DNA of 64,000 bases from an uncultured Gemmatimonadaceae bacterium (lineage in GTDB: Bacteria > Gemmatimonadota > Gemmatimonadetes > Gemmatimonadales > Gemmatimonadaceae). Below, one piece after another: positions 1-10,685 of this stretch. Below the pieces are notes generated by a model. The model was not told where the DNA came from. It saw only the letters and a program-made list of their open reading frames with translations, and made no database searches. Made by a program: the position numbers and the translations under genes. Numbering within the stretch: position 1 is the first letter of the stretch; each line of letters starts with the position of its first letter. The DNA lies in assembly GCA_963829055.1 (NCBI GenBank), contig CAWHHI010000005.1, positions 64,001-128,000 of the forward strand. The letters run 5' to 3'.

Positions 1-1
1 G

Positions 2-235
2 TACACCGCGCCGAACGGTGACATCCTGTACGCCGCCAGTGCAGGCACCAACACCCCGACCAGCACGGGCGCGGACTTCACTGCCGTGATCACGTTCGCC
101 GGCGGCACCGGTCGCTTCGCGAACGCTCGCGGGCAAGCGCAGGCCATCGGCGAGGCGAATATCGCAGCGGGCACCAGTGAATACGTGCTCGACGGATGGA
201 TTGCGTACGACGCCGCCGACAGCGCGGGGAAGTAG
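2..235 (+). CDS. 3' part of a hypothetical protein with a GGTGRF motif (dirigent/allene-oxide-cyclase-like barrel), truncated by the window start
   Basis: Frame starting at base 2 reads YTAPNGDILYA...ITFAGGTGRFANARG...DGWIAYDAADSAGK, with TAG at 233-235. Confidence 0.6.
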   Translation, partial: YTAPNGDILYAASAGTNTPTSTGADFTAVITFAGGTGRFANARGQAQAIGEANIAAGTSEYVLDGWIAYDAADSAGK

Positions 236-300
236 ACCGCGCAACACGGATTGCTCTCGAGCACGTGGTCGGCTCCGGTAACCCTAACGTCAAAGCAGCC

Positions 301-783
301 ATGCGTAGAATCCTCGCAATCGCGGTGCTCGTGTCGCTGATCCCTGTTCTGATCGTCATGGGGCAAGCCAGGGCTTCACGAGCGCGTTCGTCGAATAGTG
401 CCGACGTCGAACGAGAGGTTCGGCGCGCGAGTGCCGAGGAAGTCACGGCCCTCGTGGCTCGCGACACGACGGCGCTCGAGCGCATCTGGTCCGATGATTT
501 CGTGGTGACGAACCCGCTCAACCAGCTGGTCGACAAGCGCCAGGTCCTGGCCCTGATCGAAACGGATACGCTGGCCTTTCGGTCATACGATCGACGGATC
601 GAGTACTTCCACAGGTTCGGCGACGTGGCCGTGGTCGCGGGAAGCGAGGTTGTGATCTGGGCCGGACGCATGCCACTCGCCGGCACACCATCGTCTCTTC
701 GGTTTACCGCGGTGTGGCGGGAGCACGATGGGCGCTGGGAGGAGGTGGCTCGTCATGCAAACGTCCTCCCGCAGCCCAGATAG
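301..783 (+). CDS. Secreted NTF2-like (DUF4440-type) protein
   Basis: ATG at 301 with hydrophobic signal MRRILAIAVLVSLIPVLI; SDDFVVTNP, FGDVAVVAG and RFTAVW...GRWEEVARH are typical of DUF4440. Confidence 0.8.
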   Translation: MRRILAIAVLVSLIPVLIVMGQARASRARSSNSADVEREVRRASAEEVTALVARDTTALERIWSDDFVVTNPLNQLVDKRQVLALIETDTLAFRSYDRRIEYFHRFGDVAVVAGSEVVIWAGRMPLAGTPSSLRFTAVWREHDGRWEEVARHANVLPQPR

Positions 784-899
784 CACCGTGAGAGGCGGAT
801 AAGTCACGTCGAATCCAGGCGGGCACGCCGTCACGCGTCCAGAAATCGCCGGCGGCTGATACCCGTGCTCGTCGATGTAATGCCCGATCAATTGCGGGC

Positions 900-1440
900 A
901 GGCGGAGGCATACGATCTCCGGGCACGAGGAGGCGGCGGCTCCGGGCGTGGAGGGTTCATGGCGCGCATTGCCTCGACGGGCAGATTCATATAGAAGACG
1001 CGTTCCGGCACGCCGGGCGCCCCGAAGCGCTGGAGCTGCGTCGCGATGGCGCTCACGATGCGGTGGTCTGGGTGACCCGTGCCGCCGTCGGGCCCCCACG
1101 TGATCACCGCATCGGGACGAAGCCGCGCGAGCTCCCCGGCGATGCGCTCCGTCGCGCGGTCAATGAGCGCGCGGTCGCCGACATAGTCGCCGAGCTTGCC
1201 GTCGGGGAACCCGAGGAGGATCGGTCGCTCGAGCCTAACGCCTGCGTCGCGCAGCGAGCCTCTTCGGCGCGCGGCGGACGAGATCCTCGCCCGCCACGGT
1301 GCTCTCAGGACGGGATCTGGCCCTGCTGGCCGGCGCCAGCACCGCCGCCGGTTGCGATGGTCAGGTACACCTGCACGCCCTCGCGGGCGTAGCGGGCGAG
1401 GATCGGCGCGACGGGGGTCTCGTCATCGGGAGCTCGACAT
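900..1440 (-). pseudogene. Frameshifted/truncated PIG-L family deacetylase
   Basis: Pieces in different frames: APDDETPVAPILARYAREGVQVYLTIAT, RAEEARCATQALG, LRPDAVITWGPDGGTGHPDHRIVS (HPDH motif); both ends degraded, boundaries approximate. Confidence 0.65.
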
Positions 1441-1561
1441 ACAGACGATTCGCATCTCGATCTCACCGCCCGTGTGACACGTCGTAGATTGTTGTCGCTG
1501 GCGAATCCGGCCGACCGTTGAAGGACAGCTACTGTTGAACGCTCACATCGCATCGACCCTC

Positions 1562-2993
1562 ATGCTCAACCGTCGACGAGCATGCGCACGCGCGCGCAGC
1601 CTGGCAGCGATTCCGCTCGTGTGGGCGAGTCTGGCCTGCAGCGACAGCCCCGCCGAGCTGCCCACGCGCGGCTCACTCGAGGTGACGATCGCCGGACTCC
1701 CCGCTGGTCAGTCGGCGGACGTCACCGTGACGGGGCCCGGCAACACATCACGGGCGCTCACCGCCACGGCGACAATGAGCGATCTCGCTTCCCGGGAGCT
1801 ATGCTGTCACAGCGCTCAATGTGACCGCAGGCGGCGTGGCGTACGTGCCGACGCCTGCTACCCAGAGCATCGCCGTAACAGGCGCCCTCACCGCCACGGC
1901 GACAGTTACCTACGCGTCGTCGACATTCGGCCTGCGCGCGCAACAGGTCGTGGAAGGACTCACGAACCCCGTCTATCTCACGGCGCCAAAGAATGACCCG
2001 CGACTGTTCGTTGTCGAACAGCCGGGTCGTATTCGCATCGTGAAGGGCGGCGCGCTGCTCGCTACGCCGTTTCTGGACATTACCGCACGTGTCATCTCCG
2101 GCGGTGAGCGCGGACTGCTCAGCATGGCGTTCGATCCGGCGTACGCGACCAACGGGCGGTTCTATGTCTACTACACCGGAACACAGGGCGACATCTTCGT
2201 CGACCGGTTCACGGTGTCGACCAACCCCGACGTCGCGAATACCACGTCGGACCCGGTGCTCACGATTCAGCATCGCGCGAATAGCAATCACAACGGCGGC
2301 CTTCTGTTGTTCGGACCGGACGGGATGCTCTATCTCGGAACCGGTGACGGCGGCGGCGCCGGCGACGTGCCTAACAACGCGCAGAACATCAATGTCCTGT
2401 TGGGCAAGATTCTTCGCCTCAACGTCACGGCCCTTCCGTACACGATTCCGGCGGGCAACCCGTTCGTCGGCCAGGCCGGCGCCAATGAGATCTGGGCGTA
2501 CGGACTTCGGAATCCGTGGCGTTTCGCGTTCGACGTTCCGCCGGATGGCTCGTCGCCCAAGCTCTACATCGCCGATGTCGGACAGGGCGCGCGAGAAGAG
2601 GTCAATGTCGTCGACGCTTCAGCCGCCGGCCGCAACTATGGGTGGCGGACGATGGAAGGAACGCAGTGCTACAACCCGTCCAGCGGCTGCAATCAGGCGG
2701 GCCTAACGCTTCCCATCGTCGACTACGACCACGGCCAGAACGGAGGCTGCTCGATCACCGGTGGCTTCGTGTATCGTGGCACGGCGATTCCGGAGGTGCG
2801 GGGCCACTACTTCTACTCCGACTACTGCTCGGGTTGGCTGCGAAGCTTCCGGCTCTCGGACGGAGTGGCTGTGGACCAGCGCGATTGGGCACTCGCGAGC
2901 ATTGGCAATGTCACGTCGTTCGGCGTCGATAGCGCAGGCGAGTTATACGTGCTCTCGGTGAACGGTCGCGTGTATCGCGTCGTGAAGCAGTAG
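1562..2993 (+). CDS. PQQ-dependent glucose/sorbosone dehydrogenase family lipoprotein (one frameshift near 1790)
   Basis: Lipobox-like SLAC in the upstream frame; GERGLLSMAFDP, NHNGGLLLFGPDGMLYLGTGDGG, YGLRNPWRFAFD and SFGVDSAGELYV in ORF 1821..2993. Confidence 0.9.
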
Positions 2994-2999
2994 TAAGCG

Positions 3000-3209
3000 T
3001 TATTCCTGGTCGGCCGCGAATGCCAGGCAGGCGCGGATATCCTCGCGCGTCAGGCTCGGAAACTCGCGCAGGATCTGCTCCTCACTCATCCCGCTGGCTA
3101 GATAGCCGAGAACGTCATCGACCGTGATGCGCGTGCCGCGCACGACCGGTTTGCCGACGCGGATCTCCGGGGCGAGGACGAGTCGCTGGCGATAGTCGGG
3201 AGCCGTCAT
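3000..3209 (-). CDS. DUF433 family protein (antitoxin-like), 69 aa
   Basis: MTAPDYRQRLVLAPEIRVGKPVVRGTRITVDDVLGYLASGMSEEQILREFPSLTREDIRACLAFA matches the DUF433 pattern. Confidence 0.9.
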   Translation of the reverse strand: MTAPDYRQRLVLAPEIRVGKPVVRGTRITVDDVLGYLASGMSEEQILREFPSLTREDIRACLAFAADQE

Positions 3210-3438
3210 GAGGCAGAGATAGGCCAGCGCTCTGGATGGCAAGCGGAGGCAGCGGCTCGGGCTCGGTAGAGGCGCGACGCAGGACGAAATGTACGCCTCT
3301 GGCAAATGCCGGAATGCCAGCACCGGATCTCGTTGCCGAAGCGGATCACCGGGGCGAGGAGGAGTCGCGGCGATAGTCGGGAGCGTATCGGACGATGGAT
3401 AGGCCAGCGCTCTGGACGCGGCAAGCGGAAGCAGCGGC
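3151..3438. repeat. Degenerate direct duplication of about 105 bp (3151-3256 and 3333-3438) covering the DUF433 5' end and upstream region
   Basis: Both copies share ttgccga.gcggatc.ccggggcgagga.gagtcgc..gcgatagtcgggagc and gataggccagcgctctgga...gcaagcgga.gcagcggc. Confidence 0.8.
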
Positions 3439-3690
3439 ACGGGCGTGCGCGTCACCGCCGCTTCCACACGGAATCTCGCACGCTCGCCTCGCGAATCCGT
3501 TGCAGCGACCTCCAGGATCGGCTGCCGCCCGCGGCGTGTCAGCCCGCAGCCGATGCGCGGAGGTACAGTGTCGAGATACGCCGTCACGGTATCCGGCACG
3601 ACGATGCGCAGTCTCGACCACCATGTGATAACCAATCGGTGCCTCGTAACCCGTGGGACAGTGTACGGAGCGTGCCGACGCCGAGACTGT

Positions 3691-4883
3691 CTATCTCGCA
3701 CGCGCGTCTGACACGGCCTGAATCGCCACGGCAGAAGGCACGACTTCGGTGAGCCTCGCATCCACGAGGCCGCGCGTCACCCAATCCGCTGCGAGCGCGC
3801 CGAGTTGGTCCTGTGCCGGATCGCCGGTGCGGTTCTCGAGCGGGAGTACTGCGATGCGTTCCTCACCGACGTCGCGTCCCCCGCGCGAAGACGTGGCCAC
3901 GCGAGCACCACGCCCCCGAGGACGACGACGGCGGCCACGACGCCTAACGTCACACGGCGCGCCCGCGTGCGGCCACCGCTCGCGGCGACTTGAACGGGCT
4001 GCGCCCCTCCGCTTGGCGTCTGGAGCCCCTCGAGTTGCGCGACCAACTCCTCTGCGCTCTGCCACCGGTCGGCAGGGCGCTTTTCCAGGCACTTCATGAC
4101 CAGGGACGCGAGCACGGCCGGCACCGCTGGGCGAAGCGCCGAGACGGGCTCGGCCGCCCGCGTCACGTGCGCGGCGAGGATCTGTTGGGGAGAGTTCCCG
4201 CTGAACGGTGGGCGACCTGTGAGGAGCTCGTACGCCAGCACCCCAAACGCGTAGATGTCGGCGCGATGGTCCGTGAGCGGGTCGGCGGTGCCTGCTCCGG
4301 GGCCATATACGCCGGTGTGCCTAACGCTACTCCGATAGACGTTGTGGCCGTCGAGAGGTCCGTCGCGCCATCGGTGCGCCGGGAGGCTGACCGCCAGCGG
4401 CAGTCAGCGCCTTCGCCACGCCGAAGTCGGTCACCAGCGCGTGGCGCCCAGCGAGCATGACGTTTTCCGGCTTGATGTCCCGGTGTACGACTCCGCGTAC
4501 GTGGGCATACGCCATGGCGTCCGCGACGTCGCGCAGAACGTGGACCGCGTCGGCGATGGGGAACTCCCCGCCGCGCTCAAGCCGCTGGCGCAGTGTCGGG
4601 CCGTTGACCAGCGGCGTAACATAGAAGAGGAGACCTGCGGCCTCTCCCGAATCGTGCAGCGGGAGGATGTGGGGGTGGGTGAGCGCGGCCGCGATGTTGA
4701 TCTCGCGCACGAAGCGCCTGGGCCCGAGCGAGGCCGCCAACTCCTCACGCAGGACCTTGATTGCCACTTTTCGGTGGTGCTTGAGATCCTCGGCGAGGTA
4801 GACGGTCGCCATCCCGCCAGCTCCCAGCTCGCGTTCGAGTCGGTAGCGATCGATGAGCGCCGCGGCGAGTTGCTGCGCTCAAG
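3691..4883 (-). pseudogene. Ser/Thr protein kinase (kinase-TM-TolB_N-like), frameshifted and C-terminally truncated
   Basis: DRYRLERELGAGGMATVYLAEDLKHHRKVAIKVL, HRDIKPEN, DFGVAK, LAYELLTGRPPF and IAVLPLENRTGD spread over at least 3 frames; no TPR tail. Confidence 0.8.
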
Positions 4884-5346
4884 CTCCTTCGCCCACAAGA
4901 ACGACGTACAACTCAGGTTGCGACACCGTCACCCCGCCGCGCTGCGGGGATGCGAGAAGATGCGTCGCAGGGCTCCACCCGTCGAGCATATCCAGCGACA
5001 CCCTCCTGAGTGACACCCTCTGCAGGATGGCGAAGCTCCTCACGCCGCAGGTCTGCACGCTCGCTAGGCGACTCACGCCGTCCAGCGGTGATGTTCGCGC
5101 GCGAGCGGGCCGGTGCCGGTGGGGATTCCGTCGGATGAGCGCGGGCAACTCCGTGCGATTCGCGCGAGCGATGGTATCTCGTGTCGGGCGTGAGCTCGTT
5201 CGGCCAGGCCAGCCGCTCTCGGATGCCTACTCGCCGGAAGAAACGCACAACGCCGCGCGAGCGAGGCAAGGTCGGCGGGACCAACGGCCTACCGCTCGTA
5301 CGCGTATTCAAAGATTCACCGCTCTACAACCCTACCCGGCCGCGAG

Positions 5347-8300
5347 ATGCGACTCTTCTCTCTGTCCGCCCGGGCGCTGCTCATAGCCGCGCTCCCTCTC
5401 CCTTTGCTCGCCCAGCAGGTCGCCCAGAACGCCTCCCAGAAAAAGGCCCTCACCCAGGCCGACTGGGACCGCTGGCGCTCCATCCAGAACCCCCAGCTGT
5501 CCAACGACGGCAAGTGGGCCGCCTACACCCTGATCCCCCAGGTCGGCGACGGCGAGTTCGTCGTCCGCGCCACCTCCGGGAGCACAGAGTACCGTGTCCC
5601 AATGGGTTACATCGGGCGGCCGAACAACGTCCCCGGTGGGCTTCGCCCGCCGCAGGCCGGTCCGCCGGGCGGTGGCGGACGCGGCGGTGGCGCTTCGGCG
5701 GCGCCGGCGCTCCCTCGCCGTTCTCGGCCGACAGTCGCTTCGCGTTCGTCATCACCCAGTCCAACAAGGCCGAGATCGAGGCGCTTCAGCGCCAGTGGCG
5801 CGCCGCTCGCGCGCAGGGCGGCGCCGGCGCGAACGCCGTCGATACCGCCGGCATTCAGTCGCTCGCCATCGTGAGCCTCGCCGACGGCAAGGTCACGACG
5901 CATCCCGGCGTCCGCTCCTTCCGCCTCCCGCGCGACAACGGGAAGTGGATCGCCTACGTCGGCCCCCGACACCGCGCGTCGCGCGGCGGGCGACTCCGCG
6001 AACCGCGGCGCCGGCGGCGCGCCGGGTGCGCGGCCGCGGCGGTCGCGGCCGGGCGCGGCGGCGCCGCGCGCGGCGGTCGCGCAGTACGGCATCGCGCATC
6101 GTCCTCCGCAACCTCGAGACGGGCGCCGAGGAGCGGCTCAACGACGTGCTCGCGCTACACGTTCGACGACAGCGCGAAGGTGCTCGCGTACACCGTCGTC
6201 TCGCGCGACTCGACGAAGGACGGCGCGTTACGTCCGCGACCTCACCAAGGGGACGACGCCGACGCTGCTCGCCGGCCGCGGCAACTACCGCGCGTTCGCG
6301 TTCGACCGCAACCAGCAGCAGTTCGTGTTCGAGTCCGACCGCGACGAGTTCGGCAAGCCGAACGCGCGCGCTACGCGTCTACTACGGCACGCTGAAGGGC
6401 GGCACGGCGCAGTCGCTCGTCGCGCCCGAGCATGCTGCCGCCGAGGATGCACCTCGCCGACAACGCGCCGCGTCACGTTCACGCGCACCGGCAACGCGAT
6501 CACGTTCAGCGATCGCGCCGCCGGCCGATCGACTCGGTGCCCGCCGATTCGCTCGTCGGCAAGGCGCGTGTTCGACCTCTGGCACTACAAGGACCCGCAG
6601 CTCCAGCCGACGCAGAAGCTCCAGCGTCGCGCGCGATCGCAACACGCTCGTACCAGGCGATCTACAACCTCGCCACGAAGAAGCTCGTGCAGCTCGCCGA
6701 CGGACTCGGTGCCGAACGTGCTCGCTGTCGGACGACGGCAAGATCGGCATCGCGTACCACGCGCGTAGCGCTACGACATCGAGCGCATGTGGGGCGACGA
6801 CGGCAACGACGTCTACGTCGTCGATCCGGCCGACGGGCACGCGCAAGCTCATCGGCGAGAAGATCACCGGACAGGCGCACGCTCTCCGCCGGACGGCAAG
6901 TACGTCATCTTCTTCGACAACGGACACTGGTACACGTACAACATCGCGACCGGCAAGACGGTCGACATCACGGCGCCGCTGAAGGGCGTGCACTTCGACC
7001 AGGAGACGTGGAGCACGCCGGCACGCCGGCCGCGTGGGGCGTCGCCGGCTGGACGAAGGGCGACCAGTCGGTGCTCGCTCTACGATCGCTTCGACATCTG
7101 GGAGCTCGACCCGACGGGCGCGCAAGCCGGCGGTCATCGTCACGGACTCCGTTAGGTCGCAAGAGCAGATCAGCTCGCTCGTTCCGGCTGCGGTGGACGC
7201 GGTCGGACCGCGGTGGCGGACGAGCGACGACCGCGCGCATCGACCCGACCGAAGCCGCTCATGCTCCGCGCGTTCAACGAAGAGACGAAGGCGAGCGGGT
7301 TCTACCGCGACCAGCTCGGCGCGAACAAGGCGCCCGAGAAGGTCGTCATGGCGGACCTCGCGTACGGCAACGCCGCTGAAGGCGCGCGAACGCCGACGTC
7401 TACATGGTCACGAAGAGCACGTTCATCGACTTCCCGAACCTCTGGGTCGGTCCGACCCTGACGTCGCTCACGAAGATCTCCGACGCGAACCCGCAGCAGA
7501 AGGACTACAACTGGGGCACCGCGGAGCTCGTGACGTGGACCAGCGCCGACGGCGTGCCGCTCAAGGGCATTCTCTACAAGCCGGAGAACTTCGATCCGAC
7601 GAAGAAGTATCCGATGATCTCGTACTTCTACGAGGATCTCTCGGACGGCCTGCACAACTACGTCGCCGCCGAACGGGCGCAACGTCATCAACCCGACGCA
7701 CTACGTCTCGAACGGCTATCTCGTGTTCGAGCCGGACATCCACTACGAGATCGGCTATCCCGGGACCGAGCGCGTTCAAGTCGATCGTGCCGGGCGTGCA
7801 GAAGCTGCTCGCAGCGCGGCTACGTCGACCCGAAGAGGCTCGGCCTGCAGGGCCAGTCGTGGGGCGGCTACCAGACGCTCGTACATCATCACGCAGACGC
7901 AGATGTTCTCGGCGGCGATGGCCGGCGCGCCGGTCGCGAACATGATCGAGCGCGTACGGCGGCATTCGCTGGGGCACGGGCATGGCGCGCGCGTTCCAGT
8001 ACGAGACAGACGCAGAGCCGCATCGGCAAGTCGATCTGGGAGGCGCCGACGCTCTACATCGAGAACTCGCCGCTGTTCTGGCTGCGCAGCGTGACGACGC
8101 CGCTGTTCATCATGAACAACGACATGGACGACGCGGTACCCTGGTACCAGGGCATCGAGCTGTTCGTCGGCATGCGCCGGCTCGGCAAGGAGGTGTACTT
8201 CATCGACTACAACAACGACGTGCACAACCCGGCGAGCCGCGCGAACCAGAAGGACATCGCGATGCGCATGCAGCAGTTCTTCGACAACAAGCTGAAGGGC

Positions 8301-8415
8301 ACGCCGGCACCGGAGTGGATGGTCAAGGGCATCCCGGCGAAGGACAAGGGACGCGATCAGGTCCAGATGCAGCTGCAGAGCGACGCAGTCGCAGAACGTC
8401 GTACCGAATCAGTAG
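5347..8415 (+). CDS. S9 family (acylaminoacyl/dipeptidyl-type) secreted peptidase with many frameshifts, probably assembly errors
   Basis: Signal peptide MRLFSLSARALLIAALPLPLLAQ; LYKPENFDPTKKYPMI, nucleophile GQSWGGY, DDAVPWYQGIE; likely stop TAG 8413-8415. Confidence 0.85.
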
Positions 8416-8549
8416 CTATCAGCCATCGGCCATCGGCCATCAGCTCAAACGGCGAACCCTCGGGATGCTTCTCTCGCCAAGAGAAACGTCCCGAGGGTTT
8501 GCGCTTTCTTAGCTGATGGCTGATGGCTGATGGCTGATGGCTGATGGCT
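8414..8549. terminator. Hairpin (8455-8499) flanked by inverted 7-mer tandem arms (GCCATCR)n / (GCTGATG)n
   Basis: aaccctcggga...tcccgagggtt stem followed by tgcgctttctt; agccatcggccatcggccatcagc left, gctgatg x5 right. Confidence 0.7.
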
Positions 8550-8657
8550 TATAGCGCTGGGCTTACTGGGAATGCACATTGTCGCGAGTGCTCGCGCGAC
8601 GCCGCGACTTGCCGACCGGACGCCGTCAGAGGCGTTGGACTCCTCTGGAGTACCACC

Positions 8658-9278
8658 ATGAAAATCGCTCTCGCTAGCGCATTCATTGGTGTTGTGGCGG
8701 CTGCGGCAGCCGCTACGATCCCCCACCGCACGTCTGCCGCCGAACCCGATCTCGCCGCTGTTCGAAAGGCGACCGAGCGTTTCCGCGACGTCAAAGTCGC
8801 CCTCGCCGCGGGCTACATCCGCGACCCCGGCAACATGTGTGATGTCGCGGAGATGATGGGCAAGCCCGCCAAGCTCGGGGTCATGGGCATCCACTACCTG
8901 CGCCCGGATCTCCTGGGGATCACGGGGCCGCCGAATCCGCGCGTCGACGGCACCGGCACGCACACCGATTTCATGACGCCGGCGGTGCTCATCTACGAGC
9001 CGCAGGCGGACGAATCACTGCAGCTCGTCGCCATCGAGAACCTGGTGTTCATCAAGGCGTGGGAGGCGGCGGGAAACAAGGCGCCGCCGCGTTTCCAGAA
9101 CGTGCCGTTCGATCGCATGGTCGATGATCCGGCCACCAAGGTCGACGAAGCCCATAACTTCGAGCCGCACTACGACCGCCACGTCTGGCTGTACCGCGAC
9201 AATCCGAACGGCATGTACGCGCAGTTCAACCCGAACGCGACGTGCAAGTATCACAAGGGCGGCTCACACACGCACTGA
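8658..9278 (+). CDS. Secreted His/Met-rich hypothetical protein, paralogue 1
   Basis: ggag RBS, signal MKIALASAFIGVVAAAAA; motifs GVMGIHY and HYDRHVWLYRDNPNG. Confidence 0.8.
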   Translation: MKIALASAFIGVVAAAAAATIPHRTSAAEPDLAAVRKATERFRDVKVALAAGYIRDPGNMCDVAEMMGKPAKLGVMGIHYLRPDLLGITGPPNPRVDGTGTHTDFMTPAVLIYEPQADESLQLVAIENLVFIKAWEAAGNKAPPRFQNVPFDRMVDDPATKVDEAHNFEPHYDRHVWLYRDNPNGMYAQFNPNATCKYHKGGSHTH

Positions 9279-9354
9279 GCCACGCTCCTCGATGGAACCC
9301 GTTAGGGGCACGCGATCTGCGCGCCGTGCACTCATCAACGACGGTGAGGAATCC

Positions 9355-9540
9355 ATGGCCAACGATCGCGAGCTCATCGAGCCCAACGAAGGCGATAAGC
9401 GCTACGTTCGCCGGAACGATCAAGGGGAGTTCACCGAGTCCCAGGACGACGTGGGGCGGTCGCTCTCGCAAGACCAGCAGCGCGATGCGAAGACCGAGAC
9501 GAAGAAAGGACAGGGCGACCGCGGCGACCGCCACGAGTGA
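9355..9540 (+). CDS. Small hydrophilic hypothetical protein (61 aa)
   Basis: gagga RBS then MANDRELIEPNEGDKRYVRRNDQGEFTESQDDVGRSLSQD...GQGDRGD; GC3-rich codons. Confidence 0.75.
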   Translation: MANDRELIEPNEGDKRYVRRNDQGEFTESQDDVGRSLSQDQQRDAKTETKKGQGDRGDRHE

Positions 9541-9612
9541 GACGGGCCGCGCTCGGCTAGCAAGCACGGCGATAGCACTCTAGTTGACGGAACGGCTGAA
9601 TTGGGGTCGCTG

Positions 9613-9644
9613 AATTGGGGTCAGACTCGAGTCTGACCCCAATT
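9613..9644. repeat. Perfect 32-bp palindrome, GGGGTCAGAC/GTCTGACCCC REP-like type
   Basis: aattggggtcagactc-gagtctgaccccaatt; extra half site aattggggtc just upstream; related gggtctgaccc near 40952. Confidence 0.8.
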
Positions 9645-9789
9645 CCGATTTCGGGACGTTTTCTGGGTCAGATGACTCATTCGCGAAGAATCGGGCAGGC
9701 GCAGATTCTCGGCAGGTCGCGCGAGGCCGCGCGACATGATCCGATAGATGCGCCGTCATCGGCGCCGCACCTGCTTCGCGAGTTGCGCC

Positions 9790-10422
9790 ATGAAAACCGC
9801 CATTGCCACTACCGTCCTGGGGCTCAGCCTCGTTGCTGTATCCGCCATTGCGGCGACCAGGACTCCTGCCCGTAGTTCCGCTACCGAGCCCGACCTCGCC
9901 ACTGTTCGCAAGGCGACCGACCGTTTCCGTGATGTGAAGGTCGCGCTCGCCGAGGGCTACATCCGCGACCCCGGCAACATGTGCGACGCGGCCGAGATGA
10001 TGGGGAAGCCCAAAGAGCTTGGCGTGATGGGTATTCATTTCTTCCGCCCCGACCTGCTCGGCATCACGGGTCCGCCGAATCCGCGCGTGAATGGAACCGG
10101 CACGCACACCGACTTCAACAAACCGTCGATCCTGATCTACGAGCCACAGGCCGATAGCTCGCTACAGCTCGTGGCCGTCGAGAACCTCGTGTTCATCAAG
10201 GCGTGGGAGAAGGCCGGGAACATGGCGCCACCTTCGTATCAGGGTGTGCCGTACGATCTTATGGCGGACGATCCCATGACGACGATCGACGAAGCGCACA
10301 ACTTCGAACCGCACTACGATCGGCACGTCTGGATCTACCGCGACAACCCGAACGGCGTGTTCGCGCAGTTCAATCCGAACGCGACCTGCAAGTACCACCT
10401 GGGCGGGGCACACAAGCACTAA
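9790..10422 (+). CDS. Secreted His/Met-rich hypothetical protein, paralogue 2
   Basis: About 80% identical by manual alignment to 8658..9278 over the mature region. Confidence 0.8.
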   Translation: MKTAIATTVLGLSLVAVSAIAATRTPARSSATEPDLATVRKATDRFRDVKVALAEGYIRDPGNMCDAAEMMGKPKELGVMGIHFFRPDLLGITGPPNPRVNGTGTHTDFNKPSILIYEPQADSSLQLVAVENLVFIKAWEKAGNMAPPSYQGVPYDLMADDPMTTIDEAHNFEPHYDRHVWIYRDNPNGVFAQFNPNATCKYHLGGAHKH

Positions 10423-10427
10423 ACTCT

Positions 10428-10672
10428 CGGGAATCGGGAATAGGGAATCGGGAATCGAACTGCAGGAGCTTGTAGCTGGCAGCTCGTGCTGGTCGCTGGT
10501 CGAAATGACAAACCCCGGGGCGCCACGCATTGGCATCCCGGGGTTGTCGTTCCCGACCAGCGACCAGCACGAGCGACCAGCTACCAGCCGCCGGTAGTAC
10601 GTTGAATCGAGTCGGGCTTTTCTATTCCCGATTCCCGATTCCCGATTCCCGATCCCGATTCCCGATTCCCGA
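10428..10672. repeat. Nested palindromic intergenic element with (GGGAATC)n / (GATTCCC)n outer arms and (CTGGTCG)/(CGACCAG) inner arms
   Basis: cgggaatcgggaatagggaatcgggaatc ... cgtgctggtcgctggtcg..acaaaccccggg / cccggggttgtc..cgaccagcgaccagcacg ... attcccgattcccg x6. Confidence 0.85.
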
Positions 10673-10685
10673 CATTGAGGCATCC

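Noticed and set aside
5347..8415. Programmed frameshifting or phase variation in the S9 peptidase
   Set aside because: There are too many scattered indels and no slippery or homopolymer tracts, which fits sequencing error better.
10530..10685. N-terminal extension of prolyl oligopeptidase (SRFPIPD repeats)
   Set aside because: It is a translation of the intergenic GATTCCC array; the RBS and signal peptide indicate a start at 10686.
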